DNA of 55,409 bases, filler included, from Sphacelaria rigidula (taxonomy: Eukaryota), in assembly GCA_964200075.2 (NCBI GenBank). It is 6 parts of 6 records of this genome, joined end to end, with 100 filler letters (N's around TTAATTAATTAA, not from the genome) between each part and the next. Parts side by side here need not be neighbours in the genome. Positions count along the whole stretch, not along the records: positions 9,254 to 18,405 come from CAXNAA020009168.1; positions 18,506 to 27,657 come from CAXNAA020009169.1; 4 more parts are not named here. One strand, written 5' to 3'. This document shows, one piece after another, positions 11,820 through 25,449 of the stretch (positions within the stretch are counted from its first letter, which is position 1; every line of letters begins with the position of its first letter). A program made the position numbers and the translations under genes. The notes beneath the pieces are model-generated. The model had not been told where the DNA came from, did no database searches, and saw only the letters and a program-made list of their open reading frames with translations.

Positions 11820-12287
11820 GGCCAACTGTAATGAGAGCCGTTCAAAATTCCTGTCGAAACTGCCTTTTGGGCCCTTCTCCGTCGATTTACGCCCGAAAAG
11901 AGGGCTAGGCAGATGTGGACGCCTTCGAATGACTTGACCAACTCGTCGAGACCGTTCCACGGCAACTTTTATTTCCCGCTGGCCGCACTTTTGTTTTTGA
12001 CCAAATCAGGCCAAACACGGATTTTCAGTAAAAAACGATCAGGTGATCAAGATTTCCCCCTATTTTTTTATCGCTTGAGCGTTTTTTTATTGAATATCCG
12101 TGTTTGGCCAAGTATAAAAGTGCGGCCAGCGGCAAATGCATAGTTGCTGTAAAACGGTGTCAAGTAGACCAAGTCGTTCCAAGGTGTTAGCATCCGCCTA
12201 GCCTTTTTTTCAGGCGTAAAACGACGGAGAAGGGCCAAAAAGGCAGTGTTGAACATAACTTTTGAACCGCTCCCATTAGAGTCGGCC
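11820..12287. mobile_element. Foldback MITE with ~215-bp inverted arms, GGCC termini (Harbinger-like)
   Basis: GGCCAACTGTAATGAGAGCCGTTCAAAA... is mirrored by ...TTTTGAACCGCTCCCATTAGAGTCGGCC, followed by TAA. Related sequence at 10185-10215, ~15540-15630, ~16525-16550 and 54760-55170. Confidence 0.85.
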
Positions 12288-12369
12288 TAAGACCCACTTT
12301 TATGGCAAGCACGAATCTCAATTTTTCAAAATGGGGGAACGCGTTGTATGAGCACGGATTTTGGCCCAA

Positions 12370-13135
12370 AATAGGGAGCGAAAAAATCTAGGGGTCGCGA
12401 TCTCGGAACACGATTTCCCCCGATTTTTCGAGAAAAAGTCGGGGAAAATCGTTCCGAGATCGTGACTCACCCCTACTTTTTTGAGGTGACGTACGGGCAT
12501 TAGCGTACAATGCTAGAGTACGAGGCGTTTGATATTTTTGCACCGCAGCAGGAGACAGTTTCGTGACAGCACAGGGCGTGCCTACTGCCCGCCCCAGCTG
12601 CTGAAGCAACTTCGCACGGGGTTTGACAAGCAGATAATAAGTGCTGACGCCATACCCTGCGGCGATAGTAGTATTTTATGCTGCGCTGCGCTGCCACATG
12701 TATCACTATAGTATAAGGAACGCTACTGTACTCTACTAGCTGTTGTCGCTGTGCTTGAGGGGTGATGTACGGCACTGCATTACTGAACTCTGCTCGCGCA
12801 CAGTTTGTTCCCTTGTCTCGCAATACCGGCTGTGCTGTCGACCACACGGCATTATCATGTACCGTACTGCTGATGGTGCGTTCTGCGCTGTATTACTCTG
12901 GGGTACCAAGGTACGACACTGTACTCGAAGGATTGTTTACCGCCTGCCTACTCTTCGGCTTCATGCACGAGTACGCAGTACCACACTCATGGAAAAAATG
13001 ACCGTCTGTCTACAGAACCGTTTCACAGATCTGTGATACTATTTTGTCTGTGCCATAAAAGGGTCCCACCGATTTCGAGTCCACGAATTTGAGTGCCCCC
13101 GTCCCAAAACAATCGAGATTCGTCGCCATGAAAGT
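12370..13135. repeat. Dispersed repeat family B, copy 1 (contains a ~75-nt hairpin at 12391-12466)
   Basis: Colinear similarity with 53505-54225 (GAGGTGACGTACG...TTGATATTTTTGCA...CTTCGCACGGGGTT...TTTCACAGATCT). Confidence 0.8.
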
Positions 13136-13261
13136 TGGTCCAACTCTTCGAATTACCAGTGGCATCTCCACTCTTCGTTCAAAATCACTATCAGCTGGCC
13201 CAGCTCGTGCACGTTACATGTTCACGTTTTGTTTTGGCACGTTAGAAAAAGCCAATGTTTA

Positions 13262-14216
13262 GGCTACTTCTTATGTTTGAAATACCAAGAACCCACTTTT
13301 TATGTGATAAAAAAAACGCGTTTTCTGATGGAATTTTCCTGATAACATTTTCCGATAGCCCAAAGTTATCAGAAAATCAAGATTTTCGGCTATCGAAAGA
13401 TGTTATCGAAAAAGTGTTTGAACCTCGTTTGAACACACCTTACAGCCCACGACAGCACCTGTGATGGCTTGGCTGCCACCACTACTACTTCTGTCGCTGG
13501 TGCTCGCGGGCATTCAGCGTGTTGCATCATTGTCCTTCGCTTGCCAGTAGCGTCGTGGCCTTCTACCCCATGAGAACAGCAGAGGGCAGGGTCGACGACG
13601 ACTGCTGTACAGATAGGACAGTCTGTGCTGTATGTCGTCCGTACAGTGTTGTAGCTCAGTTCAGGTCTATGCACGCAGCGTGTTGCGAACAGCACGCACC
13701 CAAGCCTTGTGGAGACAGGACCGGATTGACAGTACACACAAGACTATGAATAGTGCTACTGTTGTAGTACTATAGTCAATGCATGCAATACAGCACTGTT
13801 GTGTGTACTGTTGTCCGTGCTGTCCTTTCAGTCAAGTACCACCGTGCAGTGAAAAATCACAACCGTCACTTCTACAGTCAGCTGGTACAGCAAGGTGGTG
13901 TTTTTATTGATAGTCTTGCGTCACGCAGCCCACCACATCTTATTGCTAGTATTGCTCAGGCAATGTATCAGAGTAGTACAGATAGTCAGCACGGACCGTA
14001 CACCACGACAGGACAGCAGAGTGCTGCGTCTCTCTGGCGCGCCCCAGAATTTGAAATGATGCCTGCACACCTCAAAGGAAACCATGAACACTGCGTTTTT
14101 CATGTTGATGATGCGTCGATCACGTCAGAAGGTCTACTTTGAAAATTCTGCTGAAAATCGTGCTGTTGAAAAACGGCTTTTTTGGTAATGTGCTTTTTTG
14201 TACACAAGAAGTAGCC
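13262..14216. mobile_element. Non-autonomous PIF/Harbinger-type DNA transposon
   Basis: TIRs GGCTACTTCTTATGT / ACACAAGAAGTAGCC, flanked by TTA on both sides (13259-13261, 14217-14219). Confidence 0.75.
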
Positions 14217-14225
14217 TTAGTAGTG

Positions 14226-14596
14226 GATATCGCATCGAAATATCGTTATCGTTATCGTATCGACAACATCTCCATAAAAGGATAAAACATGCGGTGTGAC
14301 TATCGGGTTGTGTGGAATCTGGACACGTCTTCTCCTAGGCTAGGAGACCTTGATTGGGCCGTTTCCGATGGGAATATGAAGTGGAGCCATGTCTCCCAAT
14401 TTTCTCGCCTCCGGCAGCGCCTCCTGCGGGGCCGTCTCACGAGCCGCGCGCGCGGGGGGGGGGACGGGCTGCGGGCATTTGGTGCTCGCACAGCGAGCCC
14501 CCGCTCGATGCGCTCGCCGAGGTTAGGCTTTGCCGAAGTTTACCGAGAAGTATCGTTATCGAACGCTGAAGAAGTCGATATCGTATCCAGGCACTA
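14226..14596. repeat. MITE-like fragment with TATCG subterminal motifs, ending ...CCAGGCACTA (hAT-like TAG terminus on the minus strand)
   Basis: Clusters of (T)ATCG at both ends; only one terminus is visible. Confidence 0.4.
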
Positions 14597-15783
14597 AATG
14601 GTTCGATATCCAACACCATTAATGTTACGTTGATGTTTCATTTGAAATTTCAACGTTACGTTTCGTTACATGTAACGTAGCATGTAACGTTTCATGGGGC
14701 GTGTAACGTCTAAGATGACGTTCCATTGACTCGTGTAACGTTCGAATGTAAGGTTTCATTCTGTGCATGTTGCAGCTCATTTTCGAGGGTTTGAGGCGTT
14801 GTAACAGGTTGAGTCCACACAAGTCTCGGCAATTTTTCTTGACTCGATAGGTCTCAGAGAAGATTGCACGTTTGGGCCATGCAAAGTCTGCGGCTATCAG
14901 GAGAACGCACGGGTGTGTTGGAACCGTGTCGACGAATATTGAAAAGATATTCCTAGGTGTCAAAATCCGCCTAGCTTCCGTTGCGGGCGTAAAAGGCGTA
15001 AAAGCTCTTGAAAGACAGTTTGCCAGATGTCATCTTGTCTGCCACAAGGAGAGGCCTAAAGCGACGACGATGGACGGAGGAAAAATAATACAGCGCTTTT
15101 GTTTGTGCTAAAAAAATGAGAGACCTGGAAAATTGCCTTTTTGGTGCTTGTACGTTTCCCGCCCTACAAGAGAGATCTTGCTGTACTTTTTGAGGCGGTT
15201 TCAGCACACGTGCGTGTTTTTCTGGTTGCCGCATTTTCTTTTCTTGCCCAAACTTGTATTTGTCTCGGAGACTGAAATCAACTCACAATTTTGGATTCTT
15301 TTTTCCGGACTTGACCCGTGTCTTGAGCCTGAAGCATGCTATCCCAGGTGTGCTATTCCAGGTGACATCAGCCGAACCCTCTTTCCCGAGCTTGTAACTA
15401 CTAAGAAAAGTCAAAATGCACTATTTAACAAGATATTTTTGAAGACATGAGATGGGACATAATAGGTGGCATTTTTCATTACTGGGCCGTTTGTCGTTGA
15501 AAACATTAGTTTGGCCAGAAAGAAACTGTTGGAAACCGAAAACGAAAAGGTGCCGTGGAATAGTCTCAGCAAGTGGAGCAAGTAATTCCAAGGGGCCAAC
15601 GTTCGCCTAGCCCTACTCGCTGGCGTATAATAGTAGTCAGCATCAGAAGTCAGATTTCGTTGTTGTTCTTTTTTCTGAGTTTTTCTGGAGTACCGTTCTT
15701 TACTACTACTTGAAAGTGCTAGCGCCGGTAGATTTAGGGAGGAAGCGTAACCCGCGCTCAAACTGCAGTGCTCAAGTGCTTTT

Positions 15784-16187
15784 GGGGCGATACCGACTTG
15801 ATACCCCGTTTATCAGGAGGGTGTTATTGACCGTTTTTGGTCCAATACAAGCAGTTTTCCTGCTCTTCGGCAACGAAATGGTAAATATTAAGATGAATGA
15901 ATACGTATAAAATTCTTCACAATAACGATCGAGATCGTGTTTCCCTCCTATACTGCACAAGCCTCAGACTAGCATTTTCTGCGGATGCCTATTTTCGTTT
16001 TTTTTCGCATAACATTTTTCATGAGCACTCGGAAGTGCGAGCGTCGATAGTTTCGGCAAAATAAGCAAACCGTGCTCAAATCACAATCGCCCGAGCTGGT
16101 GTCGGGGGGGCGATACCGGGTAACGACCCCGTTTATCAGGAGGGTGTTATTGACCGTAAATGATCCAAGAAACACAGTTTTCCTGCT
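15784..16187 (+). repeat. Two ~80-bp direct repeats (15784-15864 and 16106-16187)
   Basis: Shared ACCCCGTTTATCAGGAGGGTGTTATTGACCGT...CAGTTTTCCTGCT. Confidence 0.8.
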
Positions 16188-18405
16188 TCAGCGCAGTGAC
16201 TAGGTGGAATAAAAAAAACAGTCATTTTTGAATCTTCATTTATATGATCCGGATCGAGTCGGTCCACCGAAAATACCGAAAAGCTAAAGCCTGGGGTCGT
16301 ACTCTCGCAGGACCCCCGAAGATCGGCCAAGCCCGTAAGTCACTCATTATTGATCGCAGATCATTTTTCTTTCAATATTTGTCAATAGGTATAAAATTTT
16401 CCCGGATGTCCATTTTTTGGCATCCAACAGTCACTGTGATGAATGGTGGCAAGCAAAACAAATTTGAACAATCTTTGAGAAACTAAGAAATTACGGATCC
16501 TACATACTTCTGACGCTGACTGCTGTAAAACGACGGAGAAGGGCCAGAAATTAAGTTCACAGGATGTAGCTCTTTTTCTACAAAAGAGAAGTGGCTGTAG
16601 ATCGTATCCTATTTTTGTTTTTATGCGTTCGGTTTTTCAGTTTTAAGACGTTTATTCTAGTTTTCGGCCACCAAACAGGGATTATCGCCACCACTTGTCT
16701 TGGATACTCCGCATCACGCCATCTAGAGGAGCCTAGACCATCTTCCCGATAAGCCTCGCTGCGAGGTTTCGAGAACGCCCCCCGAAAATCCAAGTGAACA
16801 TGAAAATACACGCGAGGAGAAATCCCGAAATACTTGGATTAACTGCACACGCGTATTTGCTCGTGTCCAGCTAGATTTTTCCCAGAGTCTGTGGTCAAAG
16901 TCTCGAGCCAGGCGATCTGGTATTTAAGACATCTTGGTGGGGTGATGCAAGTGTCCAAGACATGTCAAGGCGATGTTCCCTGTTTGGGTGCGAAAAGCTG
17001 GATCAAACGTCCCAAAACTGAAGAATCTGCCCGATGTATGTCAAGTGTTCATCGCGGGTATCGCACACATGACAGCACATCACGAGAAGTACATGATAAG
17101 AAATGAAAGCGTTATGCTTTCTCGAGCATTCTCGTTCTCATCCCTTGAACGTAGACGCCCTGGTGCCCCCCACGCAGACACAAAATCATAATCAAGGCAC
17201 CTGGATCAATCCTTGCCGGCTACTACATTCAGGTCCCACACACACGATTTTTTTGTACTGTTGGACGCAAACCAAACGACTCAAGTCGTGAATTGGGAAA
17301 TGTTCATTTTCTTCGCATGTGTGTCTGTCTTGAGAAAAAATTGCGTTTTGTCGACGTGCCCTTGTCCATCCACAGGTGAGTGCCCCACTCTTGACCTCCG
17401 CGCTGGCAGAGATGAAAGTGTCGGAGCTGCACTTGAAAATTAAACATCCGGGAGTGCGTGCAGAGAAGATTGGCGAGTCCTGGGCATCCATGAACAACGG
17501 GGGATACGCACCCGCAACCCAGCGGGCGTTCCAGACAGAGTGAGTGTTACAAGTACAAGGGGATAGCCTATGGAGATATCACAATGATGAAGACTGCTCC
17601 TAGGCAAGGGACGCACATGTTGACTATATCACGCCACCAGTACAGGCGTTGGCGTTGTCTTTGGACCCTCGGTGCGCACAAGTGTTCGACCGGCCGGACG
17701 TCTGTATACCCTAACGCTATACCTCCATGACGCCATTCCACTGTCTCGGTGATATTTAGGACGTGGAGCCAGCTGCTGGGATTCTTCACGGGAGGAAATC
17801 GCCCAGCGTCGGGACTGAGATAACTTACGGCAGCAGATCTTCCCCTGCAGCACGGACCAGACGCAGTTCATCTGCCCTTGCCTGGCGAAGCAAACTGGTA
17901 CGAGTTGAAATATATGTACCGTGGTGATTGGTTCCCAGCTAAACCCAGGAGATTCTTGGAACAAAAGATCTGTGTAGAAATTTGCGTAGTTTTTGGCACT
18001 CCACCGCTCGTCCTGGAGCACGTTCGATCCTCAGAGTTGGAGATGAGGCGACAACAGGCGTCCGCTTCACGTTTTGAAATATAATCATCTCTGTACTCAA
18101 TATTGAACGACCTACGGGCTGAATTGACAGCGGTCTTGTTAACCGTTTTAGGTCCTCAACATATATCTTCAGGCTGTAGCGCAACGAATATGTTGAAATA
18201 AAAAATACGGGTCTGCAAGTCTGCTCACAAGAGCTGTTACCACTATGCTATGCTCTGCACGGTCCGGCAATTTTCGTGCTTTGATAAGTTTCTGAATTTG
18301 TGGTGAAATACTTCACCTCTGGAAACCCCTAGCGTCTATTGAGTTTTGAAACAGAAGCAGATCACCCTCATGGCAAAATCCTCAAGTTGTTGTTGTCGGG
18401 GGGGG

Positions 18406-18505
18406 NNNNNNNNNNNNNNNNNNNNNNNNNNNNNNNNNNNNNNNNNNNNTTAATTAATTAANNNNNNNNNNNNNNNNNNNNNNNNNNNNNNNNNNNNNNN
18501 NNNNN
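18406..18505. other. Artificial contig linker
   Basis: N44-TTAATTAATTAA-N44. Confidence 0.99.
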
Positions 18506-18542
18506 GTTTGAGCAAAACAAAAAAAAAAAAAAAAAAAACAAA

Positions 18543-18577
<35 letters not shown>

Positions 18578-18581
18578 ATCT

Positions 18582-19067
18582 GCCTGGTCCGGCGAGAACC
18601 CGGCGTGCTCTGTCCCGGCTTTGTAGGGGCGGACCCTCGATGACGTTGACCTCGATTGGCGATGACGCTGTAAAACACGCCTCTCATTGCGTGAACTAGG
18701 CAATCAGGTGACCAATTTTTTCGCGCGATTGCGTTGTTTTGCGGTAACCATGGTGGTAGTCGAGCTAGGTCGTATTGTGCGGCGTGGGAGAACCTCAACT
18801 CCGTACAACGGGGATGATCGTACTACGTGGTGTCAAAATTTTGAGACACCAATGAGGCAGTGTACAAGGCGCGGCTGTCTCTGCAGGTCTATGTAGACTG
18901 TTATCAAATGCGAGATAATCAGTAGGCTTTGGGCCGAACAATCTACACAGGATGCAGCTCACCCGTCATGCGACTCGCCGAACACACGACGGCGCTTCGC
19001 GCTTGGTGATTGAGTGCGAGCCTGGTCCGGCGAAAACCCGGCGTGCTCTATCCCGGCTTTGTAGGGA
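18582..19067 (-). repeat. Two copies (18582-18628, ~19005-19067) of a short retroposon 3'-end motif GCCTGGTCCGGCGA(G/A)AACCCGGCGTGCTC..CCCGGCTTTGTA
   Basis: Third copy at 49036-49092. The second and third copies end in CAAT-like tails on the minus strand. Confidence 0.7.
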
Positions 19068-19439
19068 TGCGAGGCAATGTTCCGCTGATGACTATGGCAT
19101 ACATGATCATGAGTACACCCCCACACCGCCAGCACCAGTAAGCCAAACCTCGAACATGCAATCACTCGTAATTGTTCTGCATTCTACTAATTTATCACAC
19201 AGCACGCTCACCCTGTGATTTCAAGTTTATCAACTCGAGAACCTCAGGACATGTTTCAGCCCCAGAACTCTTCGCTGCCAACATTTAATCACGAAATACG
19301 CGCATCACTTTCGCGCGCCCCCGAGGATCCTGGCTCAAGCGGCCCGCGTTCGCCAACGGTTTGATCTGCCTGCGCCAGCGCCGTTGGAGCTAGGTCCCGC
19401 GATCCTCTAGACGTACATCCACAACACCTTGAGCTCAAC

Positions 19440-20900
19440 CAAAAACCGTGGACCCACCGTTTTCCGGCGAAGCCCGCACCTTATCTGGACATGGACGGCG
19501 CATTCGCGTCAGCCGCCGCCGTCGCTGGTCCTCCTTCACGGGATGCTCTTCGGCCGCTAGCGGTCGTACATGCCGCACAAGATTCACTTGCCGCGCCGGC
19601 ACCTCTACACGCATGGGATCCGCACCCACCACTACCGGCCCTGCATCCAGTATTACCGGCTCCGGCGCGCTCCGCTGTCGACCGGCGAGCTTTGTCCGCC
19701 TTCACCTCGGCCCTGTGGCGTCCTCCGTCCTCGACATGCCTACATTTGCGTTGCTCCTCCCTGAGCTTGCACTTCCCACCTAGACACTTGGAACAAGTGA
19801 GTTTTCCGCTTTGCCGATGGCTCAATCGTTTGTCCTGACACTAGTCCGGCTTGCAGATGGCGCACCACGTTTTCCGCGGTCCTGGTCGTAGCTCTGCTTC
19901 ATCGATAGGTACACCGCCGCGGGGCACTGTTGTACCGCAGGGAATCCTGGGATCGACGTCATCGGCAAGCTACTCCTTGATTGCGGGGGCCTGTATTGCA
20001 TTCGCAAAATGATGTGCGCCATTGGTAATCGCGTCGGGTCATGCTCGTAGATAGGTGTTGATGCGTTTCTCGAACATCTGCGGTTTGTCTCCGATCAGGG
20101 TGGCGTAGGTCAACGCATACACGCGAAATGGCCGCGATACGGTATCGAATGCCGCTTCTAGTCAGGTGACGCGGTTGCACATCGCCGATTCCGTGCTCCC
20201 GCGCTGGTCGCCTGCCCCCAACCCGACACGCAACATGATTCAGATGCAATGTTTCACGAGTTCCAGTCGGTCGACCTAAGACATCTGCACGGTCGCGAAA
20301 TACCGGCTACGCGGGCCGAAGGCCATGATCAGGAACCCGCCCATTTCTGTCATTGTGAAGACATTTGTTCTTACAACTAGCAAATCTCCCACGAGACCCT
20401 GTAGTTCATTCTTGGTCATGCGGCACTCTCCCGTGCAACACCTACCTTTCTTAACCGATGTTCTTCAAAGCGTCAACCCTGCTCTTGTTCTTGATTTTCC
20501 AGTGCAGTCGGGCTTCCCCCACGATTTCACCATCGACTCCTGGCTGTTGAAAAACTGGGCAACTAGCACTCGGCGCCAGCGTCGCTGAAGTAGGCGCATT
20601 TGCGGAGTATGTGGGCAGATGATTACTCGCGGCGCCCGCTGCCCCAGGATACGGGTGGTATGATGAAGGCGTCGGTGTGAATATACGCGGCATTGCAGCC
20701 GGTGGTGTCGAGAAACTTGCAGCGCATGGGCGAGGTTGCTACTAGGCGGCCAATGCAGATTGGATGGCTGCATGCTGACCCGTAGGTGTATCCCACTGCG
20801 TGGACGGTGGAGTCTCGTGTATCATGCGTCAACTCCGCCAGCTGCTGGGGAACTTCGGCAGAGCCTTCGCGATTTCCGCCCGGCATGGTGGCATTTCCTT
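19440..20900 (-). mobile_element. Degenerate GC-rich gag-like ORF remnant (retroelement class unclear)
   Basis: Fragmented coding-like frames with a Cys/His finger-like stretch TCSKCLGGKCKLREEQRKCRH; no RT motif seen. Confidence 0.25.
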
Positions 20901-21289
20901 TCCGATGATTTTGCTGTCTGGTCTGCGACGTCGTTGCAGTCCTCCACACCGCCGCCGGCGCCCAAGGCAGCAGATTCGGCAGCAGGTTAATGAACGTGAC
21001 ACATGAACACGAAACGGATGCGACGAATCCTCACAACACGGCACTACAGTACTCCGGTTGTGCAGATGTCCCACGATTGTATTGCCTGTACTCGGAGAAG
21101 AAACAAACTGGATGTGCAAGCCGCCGTTCCGCACATATTTTGATGCATCTACCTACCAAGCTCTCAGCAGATTCATCAACGAGTGCTTCGATGTTCGGTA
21201 TCTTCGGCAACGGCATGTGAAGCTCTGACCCGTGCAGGTCCTGTTCAGCGATCATGATCATCATCTCGAAGAGATGATACGAGCTGAGC

Positions 21290-21545
21290 CAGCTTAACAG
21301 CGGCTAAACGTTGCCCACACCACAGCTTTCCCAGTTTCCCAAATGAATCCGATGTAAGCATATCACTGTGAAGTGCAGACGAACCTGGTACCACACGGCA
21401 TCGCCGCTGAATCAAGGAAAAAAATGAAAACTGTACTGCATAATGTATGACCTTAACGACGGACGAAAAAAAAAGAATTTGTGGGGATTCGAACTCATGG
21501 CCTCCATAAGTGGAGTCTCTCATCACTTGAATTATACGGGTGCAG
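21290..21545 (-). mobile_element. tRNA-derived SINE-like repeat, family A, copy 2
   Basis: Minus-strand B-box GAGTTCGAATCCC; aligns with 11320-11590. Confidence 0.6.
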
Positions 21546-23049
21546 CAGCGTCACGCAAAAATGTTGCACGCATGGCCCAACTCGACGACTCTGGAGCTGG
21601 AAGTTCAGGAAGACCCTCTGCACCCAAGGTCAAAATCCCATAACTTCCCCATGTCTTGAATTTCGCTCTGCTGCTCACGTGATCTTCTGCATCCCGATCA
21701 TCAAAAGCTGCCGTCGGACTTCAGCGTCCAAATCCTGATATCGCGCCATGCGTCGCCTGAGCGAAGAAACCACCCGTTTTTGGCTGGCCTAGCTCGTACT
21801 TCATGTGTGAACTCATTCTGATTCAGTTGGTGGGACACTGTGCTTGATGAATGTTGCACACCTTGCACAAAATACGGTCAACAGTTGAAGCAAACAGAGA
21901 ATGTACTGCTTCAAGTATAGGCCTATTGCGACTACTATTGGCCGAGAATGGTAGCGATAGGCCTACACTTGAAGCAATATATTACTCGTCTATTTCAACT
22001 GTTGAAACATATATTGTTCAAGGTGCAGACTGTTGTCGGTCTGACCGCCGCGTTCATTTGGGCCAGAGTGTACCGATTCCAATTTCACGAAGTGAATTTG
22101 GTATCTGCTCCGGTATTTTGCGACTTCTTTTTCGCTAGATATTTTCAATCTAGAAGCCCTGTTGATCTCGTTTTCTGGGGGAAAACTTTATCAAGAAGAA
22201 ACCAAACCCATCTTGCTCCAAGGAGCACCTGGACACACAGCAGTTGCTGCTGCCCACCCAGGATCATCTCCCAAATCGAAGCCTGGAGTGAGGACGCCCA
22301 GCGAGCAGCTGCTTGACGGGACCACTGCGTTCTGCCACGTACTTGACAAGGGAGCAACATCCCCGTGCAGACAGTAGCAATGCCAGCGGGTCCTACGTCC
22401 TAACAATGTGGAAGCTGGCAAGGTGGTTACCGTAGTGTCCTTCTAACGACACCAACTTACAGTGCACTGGAGCAGAGTTTGGAGGTGGATATTCCGGCGA
22501 TTGCCTCACATGCAGTTCGGCCAGCGACTGTTATTCCGAATTGCACAGTATATAACATATGGTCGACTGTCATTTGTGTAAAACAAAACGGGTAGTACTC
22601 GTACTTCAACTCGGTAGCTGCAACGCTAAATTTCGAAACGAAAGTGTGAGAAAATCTCCCCCATGTGCAATGCTTCAGGCGAATTTTGCGCCGTAGCGGT
22701 TGTGGTATCATACAGCTTCGCCCAAGATACAGGCAACCATTACAGCGGCGAAGGCAGCGTTTTACTCCTGCGTGCGCCACCTGGTGCAAACGCACGCTGC
22801 AGCTGCAAGACGGACAGCTTTACAACATGTGGCGTAACGATGTATAGCGCGTAGCGAGGGGTGATATCCTGCGTACAGGTTGGCCGCAGCTACAAGCGGC
22901 TACGTCCATGATGTGCCGAACTGCATAGGACAGCGCGAAATCAATGCAGCACAGGGATAGGCTAAAGATGTAACGTCCTGCGGTGTGCTTTGTCACCCTG
23001 AACCCTGCCGCTTTGCAGTAAGCAGGTAGTACCGCCGAAGGCGTCACAT

Positions 23050-23117
23050 TGCGGTTGGTTGCCTTAGTCATTTGACCATTGACCACGCATCCCTTTCGAG
23101 AAGGAGGGGGGGGGGTG
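23050..23117 (-). repeat. Short LINE 3'-terminal fragment (encodes PSRKGCVVNGQMTKA)
   Basis: Same motif at 32140-32220 (+) and 48130-48240 (-), where it lies 3' of a LINE remnant. Confidence 0.6.
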
Positions 23118-25449
23118 CCGTCATCTCCCGGTATTGGGCCCCTCGGCCCAGCGTGTAGCCGCTTGATGCTTGACGTTGTCTCCTGTCTGCCCAAGAAATG
23201 GCAGTTTTCAACTTTCAGTCCATGGCATACCGGGACGCAAGTCCTGCACATGTACTTCAAAATAGGCATGGTAGTGGTTGGGAGTAGTGCGGGACCACCT
23301 AACGGGAATTGTCGGGAAACGGCTCGCGTCTCAGTGCCGGCTCGCTGCGGGCCGTTGCGATTGTAGGGCAACGACGATAGCATGAACAAAATTTATGCTT
23401 CAATACAACTCTACGCTTCCGTGCAACGACACATCACCATAATCCGGGTGCGTGCGGCAGACCTTCAGTTCTTATTAACCTTAACAAGGGCTCAGCCGAG
23501 ACCCCCCCGGTGTCACCGCCGCAATCTGAAACCGCTACCTCACAAAGACCGAAATAAATCGAAATTGGAGGTGCCCTTGGCACAGAACAATGTGAAGAAA
23601 AAAAACGGGGTGCTTTGGTGTCGCAGCAGACTACGCAGGGCCGGTCGAGTAAGTACTTGCTGTGTCGGCTGGTGCATCGTCCTGTCTCATGTGATCCGTG
23701 GACTAAGAACACTGTACGGTACTGCATCGTGTGTTTGTAATGTTGAGGCCCCTCGAGCTGCTATTCGTAGATTGATTCCCTGTCCATGTGATGAGTTTAC
23801 CGTCGAACAGAAGAACAATTTCCGGTAAAGTACATTGTGCAATTTGGGGGCGTGCTCCACAGGACACTGATTTGCGGAGGGCTGGTTGATCGAGCATGAG
23901 AAATTTCCGAGTACTGATTGTATGTACTATTGTGCCTCTTGGACTCGCTCGTCCAAAACGCAGAATGAAGCTGATCATCGTGTCAGTTGAATCTCCCCCC
24001 CCCCCCCCCCCCCCCTCACCCCTTTGCCCCCCTTGTGAATACCGCGATGTCACAACGGTGTGTCTCGTGCACCGGTGTATTTTACTATTTTTTGCCGTTG
24101 CCAGCACGTTCGCGGGGTACCACGATTGGGCACGACATCCGCAACTGCGAAAAAAAATCAAGATCTTGAGTTGGCTGGAATCCGAGGATGTCGTTGGTCA
24201 GGACAAGCTCGCCTATAGCAAGGCCAAGCGCCCGTAACATGCTGTGATTGGTAGTTGAGCTACATGCAGAGTACCACAGATTTAGTCATGAGTCGATTTA
24301 TCCGTTGTACTACTTGACATTTATTGGTTCACGATGGGGAATGCAACCGTGCGATAAGAGGGGTTCCAAATAGGTGAAAATTTTACATGCTGCTGCGCTT
24401 GTTTTGTATATACGTCTGTATGTACAATTAATTCGTGAGGCGCGAGAAAAGATGATACGACAACACTTGACGTGCATGATCGAAGATTTGCGGATCTATT
24501 CCATGATTGAAAAATATGGTTGTACAAGACAACACAAGACGAACATGAAATTTCAGTTTTCGCAGTTCTCTAGAAGGAAGAACTTCGATGGGTTCTCGAG
24601 AAGGAGTTCGCTTGCTTTTTTGTAAATACAAAGTTAAGTTGAGCAGGGCAGAAGGACTTCAGTGTTTTACATTGGACTGTGTTGCTTTGTCAGTTTATTT
24701 TTTCGCCGCCTACGCGGGAGAGTTCTGGGGGTTCTCATTCTAGTTCGCAAGAGTATTTTTCCCGTCGGGGTTTCGTCTCCTCTCATTTTCACGTGTGCGC
24801 ACGCAGGCAGGCAGGTGAGTCCATGTATATACAATTAGTTCGTCAACATTTGTGTTGAACTTTCGTGTAGGGGTGGGAGGAAATGAGGGGGGAAGTCGAC
24901 TTCTCTGTCAAGGTACAAGGCGAAAAGACAGACGCGGAACTGCCGAATAAGCTGTGGTCCTGCGTACGTGTGCTGTTTTTGTCGAGTTGCGTGTGGGTGT
25001 TTCCTGGAGTTTGCTCTCATGAGTTTTTTGTTTCTCGATGCGAATGAGACGAGTCAGTCGGCGTCAGGAGGTACTGTTTTCCTCAGTCATTGAATCGTGG
25101 TCTTTCGAATGATGAGTTATATTGCCCATTGTTTCCTGTAACTCACGACTTGCATGCACTTCATTCATCAAGGAAATAGAAGATGTGAAAAGCTTATACG
25201 TAGTGATCGTGCATCCAAATTTATTTCTTCGGCGTCAACTAAGGACGCTTCCTTGTAGTACGAAATATCAGCTCTCGAAAAAAAAAGTTTTGCTGGTCGT
25301 TTTTGGACAAGTTTCTCGAACACCCGTCTGTCTCGTGGCACGTTTAGTTCGAGAACAATTGTTCGAAATCGAGCACAAATATTTCACCGAACGCCAGTTC
25401 TCGGACAAGAGCTTGACCCATACCCCCGCTTGTCCAACTGCATCATGAA

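Noticed and set aside
16850..18200. Coding-like fragments in contig 2
   Set aside because: No recognisable motif in the frames examined; probably TE decay but unassignable.
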